The position numbers were made by a program, and so were the translations under genes. This document shows, piece by piece, positions 19,708 to 29,358 of a stretch of 64,000 bases of DNA. The notes beneath the pieces were generated by a model. That model was given only the letters and a program-made list of their open reading frames with translations. It ran no database searches and was not told the origin of the DNA. Source of the stretch: an uncultured Ignavibacteria bacterium (GTDB lineage: Bacteria > Zixibacteria > MSB-5A5 > WJJR01); NCBI GenBank assembly GCA_964440935.1, contig CAYTTY010000012.1, positions 12,873-76,872 on the forward strand. Reading direction: 5' to 3'. Positions within the stretch are counted from its first letter, which is position 1. Each line of letters begins with the position of its first letter.

Positions 19708-20637
19708 CTACTCGTCGTCTTCTTCACACAAGTCGGCTGTCTCTGTCAGGGTAACGTCACCCGATTCGTAGGTAATCGTGGCGATGCCATTCACAATCGT
19801 CACATTAACGTCCCATGTGCCCTGAGCCGATGCCGAACCGCTTGGCGTAGTGACATTGGCGTCGAGTCCCAGTCCGATCTCCATTGATCCGCTGGCTACG
19901 CAACCACCCTCTTCGAAGTTCGGCACGACACCATTGGTGGTAGAACCATCGACCGTCAGGGCAAAGGTGGCCGTGGTGTCATTGCTTTGATAGCCGCCGC
20001 TGAACGTTCCCGAGGTTCCCCCATTGATCGTCGCTGTCGCCGTTGTCAACCCGGAGATATCGACACCGGTCGCGAAGTCCATATCCAGGTTGAACGTCTG
20101 CCCTCCGAACACACCCGACATTTCCAAATCATAATTGGTGCGTTCGATAAACGTCTCGGTGTCATCGCCCGGGATCTGCTGCGGCTCACCTCCGGCCGTC
20201 TCAAAACGGACGGAGTCAATCAAACTCAGGTCGTAGATGAGACCAAATGCACTGAAGGCACTGTCGATTTGGATTTCCCACCATCCGTTGCTGTAGCCGT
20301 AGGAAACCGATGCCCTTACGAGGTTCGATGGTACGGCCTTGTTCAATCCCGGCAAGAAGAAGCCTTCAAAATCCTGCTCGTCGATTCCATCCAGAAACGC
20401 CCCACTGATTTCGCCGATTCCAAGGGTTAGAATGCTGAAGCCCAGAGCACCTTCTTCCGTGGTATCGGGGTCGAGATCAATGAACTGATCAATCAGCTCG
20501 AATTGTTCTTCCGCCGAGATCGTATTGACCGGCCCGGTTCCCCCGTTGCCATTATCATCATCACTGCACCCAACAAGCACTAGGGACAGCAGGCTGACCG
20601 CCGCGATCAGGTGTACCATCCGTGACATCTTGCTCAT
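19708..20637 (-). CDS. Acidic lipoprotein, function unknown. Paralog of 18542-19465.
   Basis: The start at 20637 (MSKMSRMVHLIAAVSLLSLVLVGCSDDD) gives a signal peptide plus lipobox. The longer ORF to 20685 overlaps argF. C-terminal ...TETADLCEEDDE. Confidence 0.6.
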   Translation of the reverse strand: MSKMSRMVHLIAAVSLLSLVLVGCSDDDNGNGGTGPVNTISAEEQFELIDQFIDLDPDTTEEGALGFSILTLGIGEISGAFLDGIDEQDFEGFFLPGLNKAVPSNLVRASVSYGYSNGWWEIQIDSAFSAFGLIYDLSLIDSVRFETAGGEPQQIPGDDTETFIERTNYDLEMSGVFGGQTFNLDMDFATGVDISGLTTATATINGGTSGTFSGGYQSNDTTATFALTVDGSTTNGVVPNFEEGGCVASGSMEIGLGLDANVTTPSGSASAQGTWDVNVTIVNGIATITYESGDVTLTETADLCEEDDE

Positions 20638-20662
20638 GACATTTCCCCCCGTGTACGTCATA

Positions 20663-21694
20663 TCACCGCGCCAGCAGCTGCGCAATGATCGCTCCCTGAA
20701 TCCAAAGACGGTTTTCCGCTTCGTCGAATACGACCGACTGGGAACCGTCCATCACATCGTCGGTAATCTCCCGTCCGCGTTCGGCGGGCAGGCAATGCAT
20801 GACAATAGCGCTCTCTTTTGCACCGCGCAAGAGATCATTATTCACTTGAAACCTCTCCAGCAATTGCGCACGCTGATCGGCCATCTCCTTTTGGCCCATC
20901 GAGGCCCAGACGTCGGTGTAGACGACATCGGCATCGGCCACCGCCTCGGCTGGATCGTGCATGATTGTGATTTTGCTCACACCCGTTTCTTGTGCGGCGC
21001 CAACCACGGTGAGATCGGGCATCGTTTGTTCCGATGTTGCCAAGCGCAGGTCCATCGGTATGCGCGATGCGAGATTGGCCCAGGAGTGAAAAACGTTGTT
21101 GCCGTCCCCCAGGAATGCCACGGTCAAATCATCGATCGTGTCAAGGTGTTCATCGGCGGTCATGATATCGCCGAGCACCTGGCAGGGATGGTACATGTCG
21201 GTGAGTGCGTTAATGACGGGGACGGTGGCGTGCTCAGCCAGTTCATCGACATGCGACTGCTCGAACGTGCGGATCACGATCAATCCCAAATACCGTGACA
21301 TGACTTTAGCCACATCATGGATCGATTCGCGCACACCCAGTTTAATCTCGGCATCGGTGATGAACATCGGGTGACCGCCCAAACGGAACACTCCGGTTTC
21401 GAAGCTCTGGCGTGTCCGTAGCGACGGTTTGTGAAAGACCAGTCCGGCAGCGTGTCCTTCGAGCGGGCGAGGGTTGACTTTGCCGGCTTTCCATTTGCGC
21501 GCCCAGGCGATGGTCGTACGGATCTCGTCGGCAGTCCAATCGCTGATGCGCAGGAAGTCCTTGGTCGATACTCCCGGCGGCATCCCCTTCTTGCCTTTGG
21601 CCTTTGTCGTCGTGGGTTTGCGCGCGGGGTTTTTAGCAGCCGATTGGGCGCTGGTGTCTTTCTTTTTCTTTTTGGGCATGGTCGTCCTCAACAA
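20663..21694 (-). CDS. argF: Ornithine carbamoyltransferase. The true start may be the internal Met at 21583 (MPPGVSTKDFL...); the longer form carries a Lys-rich N-terminal extension.
   Basis: Transcarbamylase motifs are present: SLRTRQSFE (STRTR-like), HPCQ, HCLP, DVWASMGQ. Confidence 0.85.
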   Translation of the reverse strand: MLRTTMPKKKKKDTSAQSAAKNPARKPTTTKAKGKKGMPPGVSTKDFLRISDWTADEIRTTIAWARKWKAGKVNPRPLEGHAAGLVFHKPSLRTRQSFETGVFRLGGHPMFITDAEIKLGVRESIHDVAKVMSRYLGLIVIRTFEQSHVDELAEHATVPVINALTDMYHPCQVLGDIMTADEHLDTIDDLTVAFLGDGNNVFHSWANLASRIPMDLRLATSEQTMPDLTVVGAAQETGVSKITIMHDPAEAVADADVVYTDVWASMGQKEMADQRAQLLERFQVNNDLLRGAKESAIVMHCLPAERGREITDDVMDGSQSVVFDEAENRLWIQGAIIAQLLAR

Positions 21695-21724
21695 GGCGTG
21701 GGCCTTTCTGCGGTTGGTAGGGAA

Positions 21725-23149
21725 TTAGAGGATATAACGGCTGAGGTCTTCGTCCTCGACAATGTCTTTAAGCGTTTTGCGCACATCGCGACGATCAAAC
21801 ACGACTTTCTTCGTGCGCACGTTTGGCGCGCGGAACATCAGATCTTCCAGCAGTGTCGTCATGATGGTGTGCAAACGACGCGCCCCAATGTTCTCGGTGC
21901 GTTCGTTCACTTTGCTGGCGGTTTGCGCAATTTCGTCGATCGCGTCTTCGGTGAATTCGATTTCGATCCCGTCGGTCGCAAGCAACGCATGATACTGCCG
22001 CATCAACGCGTTTTGCGGTTCGGTGAGAATGCGGACGAAATCCTCGGCGGTAAGGCTGTCGAGTTCAACACGAATCGGGAATCGCCCCTGCAGCTCGGGA
22101 ATCAAATCCGACGGTTTGCTGATGTGAAAGGCGCCGGCGGCGATGAACAGCACGTGGTCGGTACGCACCATACCGTACTTGGTCATAACCGTGGTGCCTT
22201 CGACAATCGGGAGAATGTCGCGCTGTACGCCTTCGCGGGACACGTCGGGATTACCCGACTTTGACCGTTCTCCGGCGACTTTGTCCAGTTCATCAATGAA
22301 GATGATCCCGGCATTCTCCACCCGCTCAATGGCGAGGCCGTAGACGTCTTCCATATCAATCAGTTTGTTGGTTTCTTCGGCGGCGAGGATACGTCGCGCC
22401 TCCGAGACCGGAACTTTGCGCATTTTGGTGCGTTTGGGCATCATACCCGAGAACATGTCCTGGAAATTCACACCCAGCTCTTCCATTCCCTGCGGTGAAA
22501 AGACTTCGATCATCGGCATGCGGGAGTCGGGCGTTTGGATTTCGACTTCCTTGTTGTCGAGTAATCCGGCCTTGAGCTGGCCTTTGAGTTTCTCACGTGT
22601 CCGTTCCCACTTCGTCATCGTCTCCGGCTCGGATACTGGCTCGTCGGATTGACGCTGACGGTGGGGTGGCGGAGGCAGCAGAATATCAAGCAAACGCTCG
22701 TCGGCTTGTTCGGCGGCCAGTTCAGCCAACTGGCCCGACTTCTCGCGTTTGACCATCGCGACGGCCAGATCGGTGAGATCGCGAACCATTGATTCGACAT
22801 CGCGGCCCACGTAGCCGACTTCGGTGTATTTCGACGCCTCGACTTTCAAAAAGGGTGCGCCGGCCAGAGCGGCCAGTCGTCGGGCGATTTCCGTTTTGCC
22901 GACACCGGTCGGGCCGATCATGATAATGTTGTTGGGCGCAATCTCCTCCCGGAGAGCATCGTCCACATGCTGGCGCCGCCAGCGATTACGCAATGCGATT
23001 GCCACCGACTTCTTGGCCCGATCCTGGCCAATGATGTAGCGATCCAGTTCGGCCACGATGTCCTTCGGCGTCAGCTCCTGCCGCGGCGCACTGCCGCCCT
23101 GCGGTGTCGTGCTGGTTGATGAAACGGTAACAAGGGATGTATCAGCCAT
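21725..23149 (-). CDS. hslU: ATP-dependent protease ATPase subunit HslU
   Basis: [29 protein letters not shown], Walker [16 protein letters not shown], an I-domain insertion, and C-terminal ...EDLSRYIL. Confidence 0.9.
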   Translation of the reverse strand: MADTSLVTVSSTSTTPQGGSAPRQELTPKDIVAELDRYIIGQDRAKKSVAIALRNRWRRQHVDDALREEIAPNNIIMIGPTGVGKTEIARRLAALAGAPFLKVEASKYTEVGYVGRDVESMVRDLTDLAVAMVKREKSGQLAELAAEQADERLLDILLPPPPHRQRQSDEPVSEPETMTKWERTREKLKGQLKAGLLDNKEVEIQTPDSRMPMIEVFSPQGMEELGVNFQDMFSGMMPKRTKMRKVPVSEARRILAAEETNKLIDMEDVYGLAIERVENAGIIFIDELDKVAGERSKSGNPDVSREGVQRDILPIVEGTTVMTKYGMVRTDHVLFIAAGAFHISKPSDLIPELQGRFPIRVELDSLTAEDFVRILTEPQNALMRQYHALLATDGIEIEFTEDAIDEIAQTASKVNERTENIGARRLHTIMTTLLEDLMFRAPNVRTKKVVFDRRDVRKTLKDIVEDEDLSRYIL

Positions 23150-23160
23150 GTGTCACTATC

Positions 23161-23706
23161 CTACAGAATCTCGACGGTAATGTCTTTGTTGGTGTAAATG
23201 CAAATGTCGGCCGCGATTTCCAGTGATGCCTGGACAATCTTCTCCGCGCTCAACTTGGTATGCCCCATCAGTGCGCGCGCCGCGGCCAGGGCGTACGGGG
23301 AACCGGAACCGATCGCGACGATCCCGTCATCGGGTTCAATGACGTCGCCGTTGCCGGAAATCACCAATGCATGTTTGTGATCGACAACCGCGAGTAATGC
23401 TTCGAGCCGGCGCAGATACTTATCCATGCGCCAGTCTTTGGCCAATTCAACGGCGGCTCGGTACAGGTTGCCGTTGTAATCTTCGAGTTTCATCTCAAAG
23501 CGTTCAAACAGGGTGAAGGCATCGGCCGATGCCCCGGCGAATCCCGCCAACACATCACCGCCGGTCAGTCGCCTGACCTTCTGCGCCGTGTGCTTCATGA
23601 CCGTATCGTCGAAGGTCACCTGGCCGTCGCCGCCCATCGCCGTGCGTCCACGGGAACTGAGGCCGAGGATTGTCGTGCTGTGATACCTATGAACTATTTG
23701 CGTCAT
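23161..23706 (-). CDS. hslV: ATP-dependent protease subunit HslV (ClpQ), with a ~10-aa N-terminal extension before the catalytic Thr-Thr
   Basis: [32 protein letters not shown]...[14 protein letters not shown] is the HslV pattern. Confidence 0.9.
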   Translation of the reverse strand: MTQIVHRYHSTTILGLSSRGRTAMGGDGQVTFDDTVMKHTAQKVRRLTGGDVLAGFAGASADAFTLFERFEMKLEDYNGNLYRAAVELAKDWRMDKYLRRLEALLAVVDHKHALVISGNGDVIEPDDGIVAIGSGSPYALAAARALMGHTKLSAEKIVQASLEIAADICIYTNKDITVEIL

Positions 23707-23734
23707 GTGTTCTCACTGGTAACGGTACGCGTGT

Positions 23735-24625
23735 TTATCCGGGAAATGAATTGTGATATACGTCGGCCAATCGACCGGGTGTGACATGCGTGTAAATTTG
23801 CGTCGTCGCAACGTTCTCGTGTCCGAGGAGTTCTTTTAATGCCATCAGATCAGCGCCGTGTTCGAGCATGTGTGTGGCGAATGAGTGCCGCAACCGATGC
23901 GGTGTCACATGCCCGCCCCCTGACTGCGCAAACGTCCGTGACAGGATGCGGCCCACCGAACGCGCGGTCAAGCGTGTGCCCTTGCGATTGACGAAAATCG
24001 GCTTGTCGGCGCCAATAGCGGTAATCGGCGACTGTGCTCGCAAGGCATTGAGCGACTCAACCAGAAACCGTCCGGCCGGTGCCATCCGTTCACGCTGACG
24101 TTTGCCAAACAACCGAATGGTCGCGGAACTCATATCGACATCACCCCAATTCAATCCGACGATTTCGGCCAACCGGGCACCGGTCGCATACGGAAGGACA
24201 ACCAAACACCGGTTGCGCAACTCCCACCGATCGCCGCCGGGCAGCGATTCGAGCCACCGCTGCATCTGCCGCTCGCTGAGAAACTGGGGCAGCGTCGGCG
24301 AAAACTTGATCGATGGCACCCGTTCAGACAACTCATTTTTCAGTGCACCCCGGCGATGAAGAAATTGAAGAAAGGAACGAATCGAGGCGGCGCTACGGGC
24401 AATGGACCGGTTGCTCAACCCCTGAGCGGCCTGTCCCGCGAGATGATGCTGGAAACAGCGGGCGGTCAGCAGGCGCTCAGATGGGGTCTTGCTGCCCAAT
24501 CGTTGGGAGTCGATAAAAGACTGTAAATCATATCGATACGCCATCACCGTATGGGATGAATAGCGACGCGTCTCAGTGAGATCATCCAAAAATCGCGCCA
24601 CCCACGAGGACATTGTTCGATCCAT
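23735..24625 (-). CDS. xerC: Tyrosine recombinase XerC (CodV-like, in a xerC-hslV-hslU arrangement)
   Basis: Start at the internal Met ([34 protein letters not shown]...). C-terminal catalytic [15 protein letters not shown]...[14 protein letters not shown] (R-H-R-Y tyrosine recombinase motifs). Confidence 0.8.
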   Translation of the reverse strand: MDRTMSSWVARFLDDLTETRRYSSHTVMAYRYDLQSFIDSQRLGSKTPSERLLTARCFQHHLAGQAAQGLSNRSIARSAASIRSFLQFLHRRGALKNELSERVPSIKFSPTLPQFLSERQMQRWLESLPGGDRWELRNRCLVVLPYATGARLAEIVGLNWGDVDMSSATIRLFGKRQRERMAPAGRFLVESLNALRAQSPITAIGADKPIFVNRKGTRLTARSVGRILSRTFAQSGGGHVTPHRLRHSFATHMLEHGADLMALKELLGHENVATTQIYTHVTPGRLADVYHNSFPG

Positions 24626-24754
24626 TCCGTCCCCCCGACTACTGCCGAACGGACAGCCCACACGGCCGTCACTTGAATTCCGGCAAACTGTTAAACTACA
24701 AAAAGACCCCCATTGGCACAATGGGGGTCTTTCAAGTTCAAACAGCAGAGCAAC

Positions 24755-27052
24755 TTAGGAATTGCTCGCCTCCGTCTCTGCTTCGATTTCGGCGATGTTA
24801 CCGCAAGCGGGACACTTGAGATGGTCGCCCCTGGCCTTGGTTGACTTTTGCAGCATGAACTCCGAGCCGCAATGCGGACAGGGGGTCGGGACCGGACGGT
24901 TCCAGACCGCGTACTTGCACTCCGGATAACGCGAGCAGGAATAGAATGTCCGGCCGGTGCGTGTGCGACGCGGCACCAATTCGCCGGTGCACCGTTCTTC
25001 CGGACACTTAACGCCCGTTGGAATCGGCTTGGTGTTTTTACATTTCGGATAAGCGGAGCAAGCAAGGAACTGACCAAACCGTCCGCTCTTGATCACCATT
25101 GGCGATCCGCACTTCTCGCAGACCTGGTCGGTTTCCTGATTGGTTTGCGTACCGTTGTCGCCCCCGACATCGGAGGTGTACCGGCATTCGGGATATCCGG
25201 TGCAGGCGATGAATTTGCCCGACCGCGACCACTTAATGATCAGATCCGAGCCACACTCCGGGCATTTCTCATCAAGCACTTCGCGGTGCGACTCTTTGAT
25301 TACCTTAGTGCGCGATGATGCCTCGTCGAGCGATTCGGCGAAGGAGCCGTAGAATGACTTCATGACATCGGTCCACGGATCGATGCCCTCTTCGACGCGG
25401 TCCAGCTCGTTTTCCATTTCCGCCGTGAACTCAACGTTGAACAGCTCGGGGAAGGCTTCGACGAGAATCGAGTTGACCACTTCACCCAATTCGGTCGGCA
25501 TCAACCGGCGTTCGTCAAGCCGAACATAATTACGACTGAGAATGGTCGAAATGATTTGTGCATAGGTCGACGGACGGCCAATACCATTCGCTTCGAGTTC
25601 TTTTACCAGCGACGCTTCGCTGAAGCGCGCCGGCGGTTTGGTGAAATGCTGCTGTGAATCGATATCGTCGAGTCCCAATGCATCGCCCTGTTCCAGTGGC
25701 GGCAGCGGATTCTCTTTCTTGCCGTTTCCGTTTTCCTCGGGCGTGTCTTCGTAGATCTTCAGGAATCCCGGGAAGGTGACTTTTTCGGCGCCGGTCTTCA
25801 GTGTGTACTCTCGCGTTCCTTTGCCTTTGCCCTTCTTGGTTTCCGCCTCGGCCCGGATGTCCACTGATGTTCTTTCAATGACCGCCGGGCTCATCTGGGA
25901 CGCCAGGAAACGATTCCAGATCAGCGTGTACAGCCTCAACTGATCGCGCGAGAGGTATTTCTTGATCTTGTCGGGCGACAAATCAAAATATGTCGGACGG
26001 ATCGCTTCGTGCGCGTCCTGGGTCCGTCCCTTCGACTTGTGCGTCGGCGCCTTATCGGGATGGTATTCCTTGCCGTATTCCTGTGCGATCACTTCGCGTG
26101 CATGGGCAATCGCTTCATTGGCAACACGCGTGGAGTCGGTACGCATGTAGGTGATCAGTCCGGTTGAACCCTGCTTGCCGATTTCCACACCTTCGTACAG
26201 ATGCTGCGCCACGGTCATCGTCTTCTTCGGTGAGAAGTACAACCGGCGGGCGGCGTCCTGCTGGAGCGTGGACGTAATGTAGGGCTGCGGCGGATTGCGT
26301 CGTTTGTTTTGCACCTTCACCGCGGCGACGGCGATGTCGGCTTTGTTCAGATCGGCTTCAATGGTGCGGGCCGCTTCTTCATTCTGTATTTCGATCTTGT
26401 CGCCATCAACCTCGGCGACCATCGCCGTGAACTTCGGCGCTTTTTTCTTGCCCTCTTTATGGAGGGTCACTTCAACGGTCCAGTATTCCTGCGGTGTAAA
26501 CGCACGGATCGATTCCTCGCGCTCACAGATCAAACGCAACGCCACAGATTGGACACGTCCGGCAGAAAGGCCGCGGCAAACGGTCTTCCAGAGAAATGGG
26601 CTGACTTTGTAGCCGACAATACGATCGAGGACACGCCGGGCCTGCTGGGCATCGACCTTGCGCATGTCGATTTTGCCGGCGTTCTCGAGCGCTTCCAGCA
26701 CCGCGCTCTTGGTGATCTCGTTGAATGATGCGCGCCGCACTTCGGCTTTGGTCCGATTGAGAATGTGGGCCACATGCCAGGCAATCGCCTCCCCTTCACG
26801 ATCCGGGTCGGGAGCGAGGTAGATAACGTCGGCCTGCTTCGCCGCTTTCTTCAACTCCTTGACAACGTTGTCTTTGGAATCGATCGGGACATACTCGGGT
26901 TCGAAGTTGTTCTCAATGTCCACACCGAGAGACTTGGTCGGCAGATCGCGGACATGCCCGCGCGTGGCCATAATGTCAAACCCATTGCCCAGAAACTTCT
27001 GCAACGTCTTGGTCTTGGTCGGTGACTCAACGATGACTAATTGATGTGGCAT
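24755..27052 (-). CDS. topA: DNA topoisomerase I
   Basis: MPHQLVIVESPTKTKTLQKFLG (TOPRIM) followed by the Topo IA core. The C-terminus has multiple C4 zinc-ribbon repeats (CPECGS...C, CEKCGSPM..., CPHCGSEF...). Confidence 0.9.
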   Translation of the reverse strand: MPHQLVIVESPTKTKTLQKFLGNGFDIMATRGHVRDLPTKSLGVDIENNFEPEYVPIDSKDNVVKELKKAAKQADVIYLAPDPDREGEAIAWHVAHILNRTKAEVRRASFNEITKSAVLEALENAGKIDMRKVDAQQARRVLDRIVGYKVSPFLWKTVCRGLSAGRVQSVALRLICEREESIRAFTPQEYWTVEVTLHKEGKKKAPKFTAMVAEVDGDKIEIQNEEAARTIEADLNKADIAVAAVKVQNKRRNPPQPYITSTLQQDAARRLYFSPKKTMTVAQHLYEGVEIGKQGSTGLITYMRTDSTRVANEAIAHAREVIAQEYGKEYHPDKAPTHKSKGRTQDAHEAIRPTYFDLSPDKIKKYLSRDQLRLYTLIWNRFLASQMSPAVIERTSVDIRAEAETKKGKGKGTREYTLKTGAEKVTFPGFLKIYEDTPEENGNGKKENPLPPLEQGDALGLDDIDSQQHFTKPPARFSEASLVKELEANGIGRPSTYAQIISTILSRNYVRLDERRLMPTELGEVVNSILVEAFPELFNVEFTAEMENELDRVEEGIDPWTDVMKSFYGSFAESLDEASSRTKVIKESHREVLDEKCPECGSDLIIKWSRSGKFIACTGYPECRYTSDVGGDNGTQTNQETDQVCEKCGSPMVIKSGRFGQFLACSAYPKCKNTKPIPTGVKCPEERCTGELVPRRTRTGRTFYSCSRYPECKYAVWNRPVPTPCPHCGSEFMLQKSTKARGDHLKCPACGNIAEIEAETEASNS

Positions 27053-27257
27053 GCAATCAGGACCTCTGTGTTGTCGTCGTTTCGAAGTACATGGCGATCG
27101 GTTCTACTCGCCACCCCTTGGCTCCATGCCATCGGTCACAACAAATCCCTGTTCCCATGAGCGCTGAGCGATCATCGACTTGGTATGATCTATCGGGTCG
27201 GTGGCCGGTCCATTTAGCCGTCCGGAGCCGGTAACGGCCCGCAGACGCTACAACCGT

Positions 27258-27617
27258 TTACGATTCAAGGCCTTCCTCTAGACGCGTTACCTCGATCTTC
27301 CCGTCAAGCAGCTCATCCAATGCAAACGAGGTCATTTTCAGACGCTTCAGTTCCGCCGCGTCGTCCTCCAAGCCCCGCTCTTCCAATGCGATCTTTTTGG
27401 CATTGAGTTGCCGCGCGCGGGCGGCGGAGATCAGCACGGCTTCATACCGGTTTTTCGCGTACTGTTCGAGCCCCTCCAGCGAACGTAAGGCGCGGCGCCG
27501 CAGCCGCATCGGTACCTCCGACGGCTCGGGGAGCTTCGGCATGAAGGTCTGACCGCTCAGCCCCTCATCATCACCGTCACCAAATGACTGGGCGAAGTTC
27601 TTGGCATCCATTTGCAT
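27258..27617 (-). CDS. rpoZ: DNA-directed RNA polymerase subunit omega. The start is uncertain; the Met at 27509 (MRLRRRALRSLEGLEQYAKNRYEAV...) gives a canonical length.
   Basis: NRYEAVLISAARARQL matches the RpoZ core motif NRF.LVL.AA.RARQ. It lies immediately downstream of gmk, as in the conserved gmk-rpoZ pair. Confidence 0.6.
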   Translation of the reverse strand: MQMDAKNFAQSFGDGDDEGLSGQTFMPKLPEPSEVPMRLRRRALRSLEGLEQYAKNRYEAVLISAARARQLNAKKIALEERGLEDDAAELKRLKMTSFALDELLDGKIEVTRLEEGLES

Positions 27618-27658
27618 CGTTGATCCTCTCTATGATCGTCTGCCCTTTCGGGCTGTCT

Positions 27659-28315
27659 CTAATTGTCGGTCAACAGGCGTTTGTCTATACGCCCGAAGTC
27701 ACGCTGTCGTTCCCGTTTCAGAAGTTCAGCGCGTATCACCGTCTCGCAGTCCGTAACGCAAGCCGACAACTGATCGTTTGTGATCCAATAGTCGTACTCT
27801 GATACCCGGGTGAGTTCCCGGTGGGCGGTTTCGAGTCTTTTCTTCAGTCTGGCTTTGGTTTCTGACCCCCGCATCTCGAGCCGCCTTTTGAGCTCGGCCC
27901 ATGATGGTGGCAGCAAAAAGATCGACACGGCTGATGGTTCACTGCGTTTCAGGCTCGCTGCCCCTTGCACATCGATGTCAAAGAGCAGTATGCGCTTGCG
28001 GCGATGCGCATCGGCGACATTGGCGCGGGGTGTACCGTACCGTTCGCCGTGGACTTCCGCCCATTCGAGCAGTTCATCACGATCGATCAGTTCTTGAAAT
28101 TCGTCGGATGCGACAAAGTGATAGTGAATACCATCACGTTCGCCTTTGCGCCGTTCACGCGTTGTCACCGAGAGTGAGTACAGGAACTCGGGATGCCTGC
28201 GGCACAATCGTCGAATGACGGTCGACTTCCCACCACCAGACGGCGAGGAGATAATGACATTCAACGGGATGCCAACCCACTCGCGTGTCGTTTTCTTGGT
28301 CGCTTGGGGCGTCAC
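27659..28315 (-). CDS. gmk: Guanylate kinase
   Basis: SSPSGGGKSTV P-loop plus the guanylate kinase pattern ...SVTTRERRKGERDGIHYHFV... Confidence 0.9.
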   Translation of the reverse strand: MTPQATKKTTREWVGIPLNVIISSPSGGGKSTVIRRLCRRHPEFLYSLSVTTRERRKGERDGIHYHFVASDEFQELIDRDELLEWAEVHGERYGTPRANVADAHRRKRILLFDIDVQGAASLKRSEPSAVSIFLLPPSWAELKRRLEMRGSETKARLKKRLETAHRELTRVSEYDYWITNDQLSACVTDCETVIRAELLKRERQRDFGRIDKRLLTDN

Positions 28316-29193
28316 TCGATGTTTTGCACCTGTTCGCGGATCTTCTCGAGTTCGTCTTTGAGACCGACCACAATACGTGAGATGTCAATGTCGACCGACT
28401 TCGAACCGATCGTGTTAATTTCGCGGTTCAGCTCCTGTACAAGAAAGTTCATGCGCCGGCCAACCGGATCCGCACTGTCGATGGTTTCCAGGAAGTGCTT
28501 ACAGTGGATATCTAATCGCACACACTCTTCGGTGATGTCGGAGCGTTCGGCCATGAACGCGACTTCCTGTGTCAGCCGTTGCTCGTCATAATTGGCCTGG
28601 CCGAGAATCTCATCCAACCGTTGTGTCAGCCGCTCGCGGTATTGTTCGACCTGGCGTCCGGCGAGTGATCTGATTTCCTCGTTGCCGCTTTGTATTCGTC
28701 CGACTTGTTCGCGGAACGACTCGGAGAGCTTGGCCCCCTCGGCCGCCCGCGTCTCTTCCAATTGATCGAGGGCGGCGTTGATCGCTTCCTTCACGATCGA
28801 ATCGATCACCTCGTCTTTGTGCGGATCACGTGTCGTGACCCAGACATCGGGAAGTGACAGAACGTCGCCAATCGTCAGCGAATCGGACAGATGGCTCTTG
28901 CTGGCCACGCGCCGGATGTTTTCCACATACCAGTCGACCAGTTCTTCATTAATAGAGACCGATGATTCGACGGCCGTGCGCTCCCAGTTGAGTTGTGCCA
29001 CAACTTTGCCACGACTGAACCGCGAAGAAATGATCGCGCGCAACTCCGACTCAATGCTCATCATCCATCGCGGTGTGCGAATGGATATGTCCAAGTACCG
29101 ACTGTTGAGAGACGACACCTCAAATGAGGCACGATACCCGTCCCGCTCCACTTCTCCCCGGCCGAAGCCAGTCATGCTTGATATCATCGTCAC
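28312..29193 (-). CDS. yicC: YicC-family stress-induced protein (DUF1732)
   Basis: MISSMTGFGRGE...SLNSRYLDISIRTP... and C-terminal ...LVQELNREINTIGSK are the YicC N- and C-terminal signatures. Sits upstream of gmk-rpoZ, as in many bacteria. Confidence 0.8.
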   Translation of the reverse strand: MTMISSMTGFGRGEVERDGYRASFEVSSLNSRYLDISIRTPRWMMSIESELRAIISSRFSRGKVVAQLNWERTAVESSVSINEELVDWYVENIRRVASKSHLSDSLTIGDVLSLPDVWVTTRDPHKDEVIDSIVKEAINAALDQLEETRAAEGAKLSESFREQVGRIQSGNEEIRSLAGRQVEQYRERLTQRLDEILGQANYDEQRLTQEVAFMAERSDITEECVRLDIHCKHFLETIDSADPVGRRMNFLVQELNREINTIGSKSVDIDISRIVVGLKDELEKIREQVQNIE

Positions 29194-29358
29194 CTGCCGT
29201 GAAATGCCAAAAAGGCGAACATAATATTCGTCGGGATGTCAGGTGTCAAACGCAATGTGATGAGTGCGCCTTCATCGTGTCGGCACTAAAACCTGGCCAA
29301 ACAACAACTTAATGATATTTTGCGAATAAATGCGCATCCGACGTATACTTGCCACGAT
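29194..29358 (+). promoter_or_regulatory. Divergent intergenic region, relatively AT-rich, presumably holding promoters for yicC and rqcH
   Basis: It is the only AT-richer stretch between two divergently oriented genes. No confident -35/-10 hexamers are assignable. Confidence 0.3.

Noticed and set aside
27258-27617. rpoZ encoding an unusually long (119-aa) omega subunit with an acidic N-terminal extension
   Set aside because: The canonical RpoZ core aligns from the internal Met at 27509. The upstream 36 codons are more parsimoniously 5' leader read-through. The long form is kept only as the ORF-boundary call, with the uncertainty noted.
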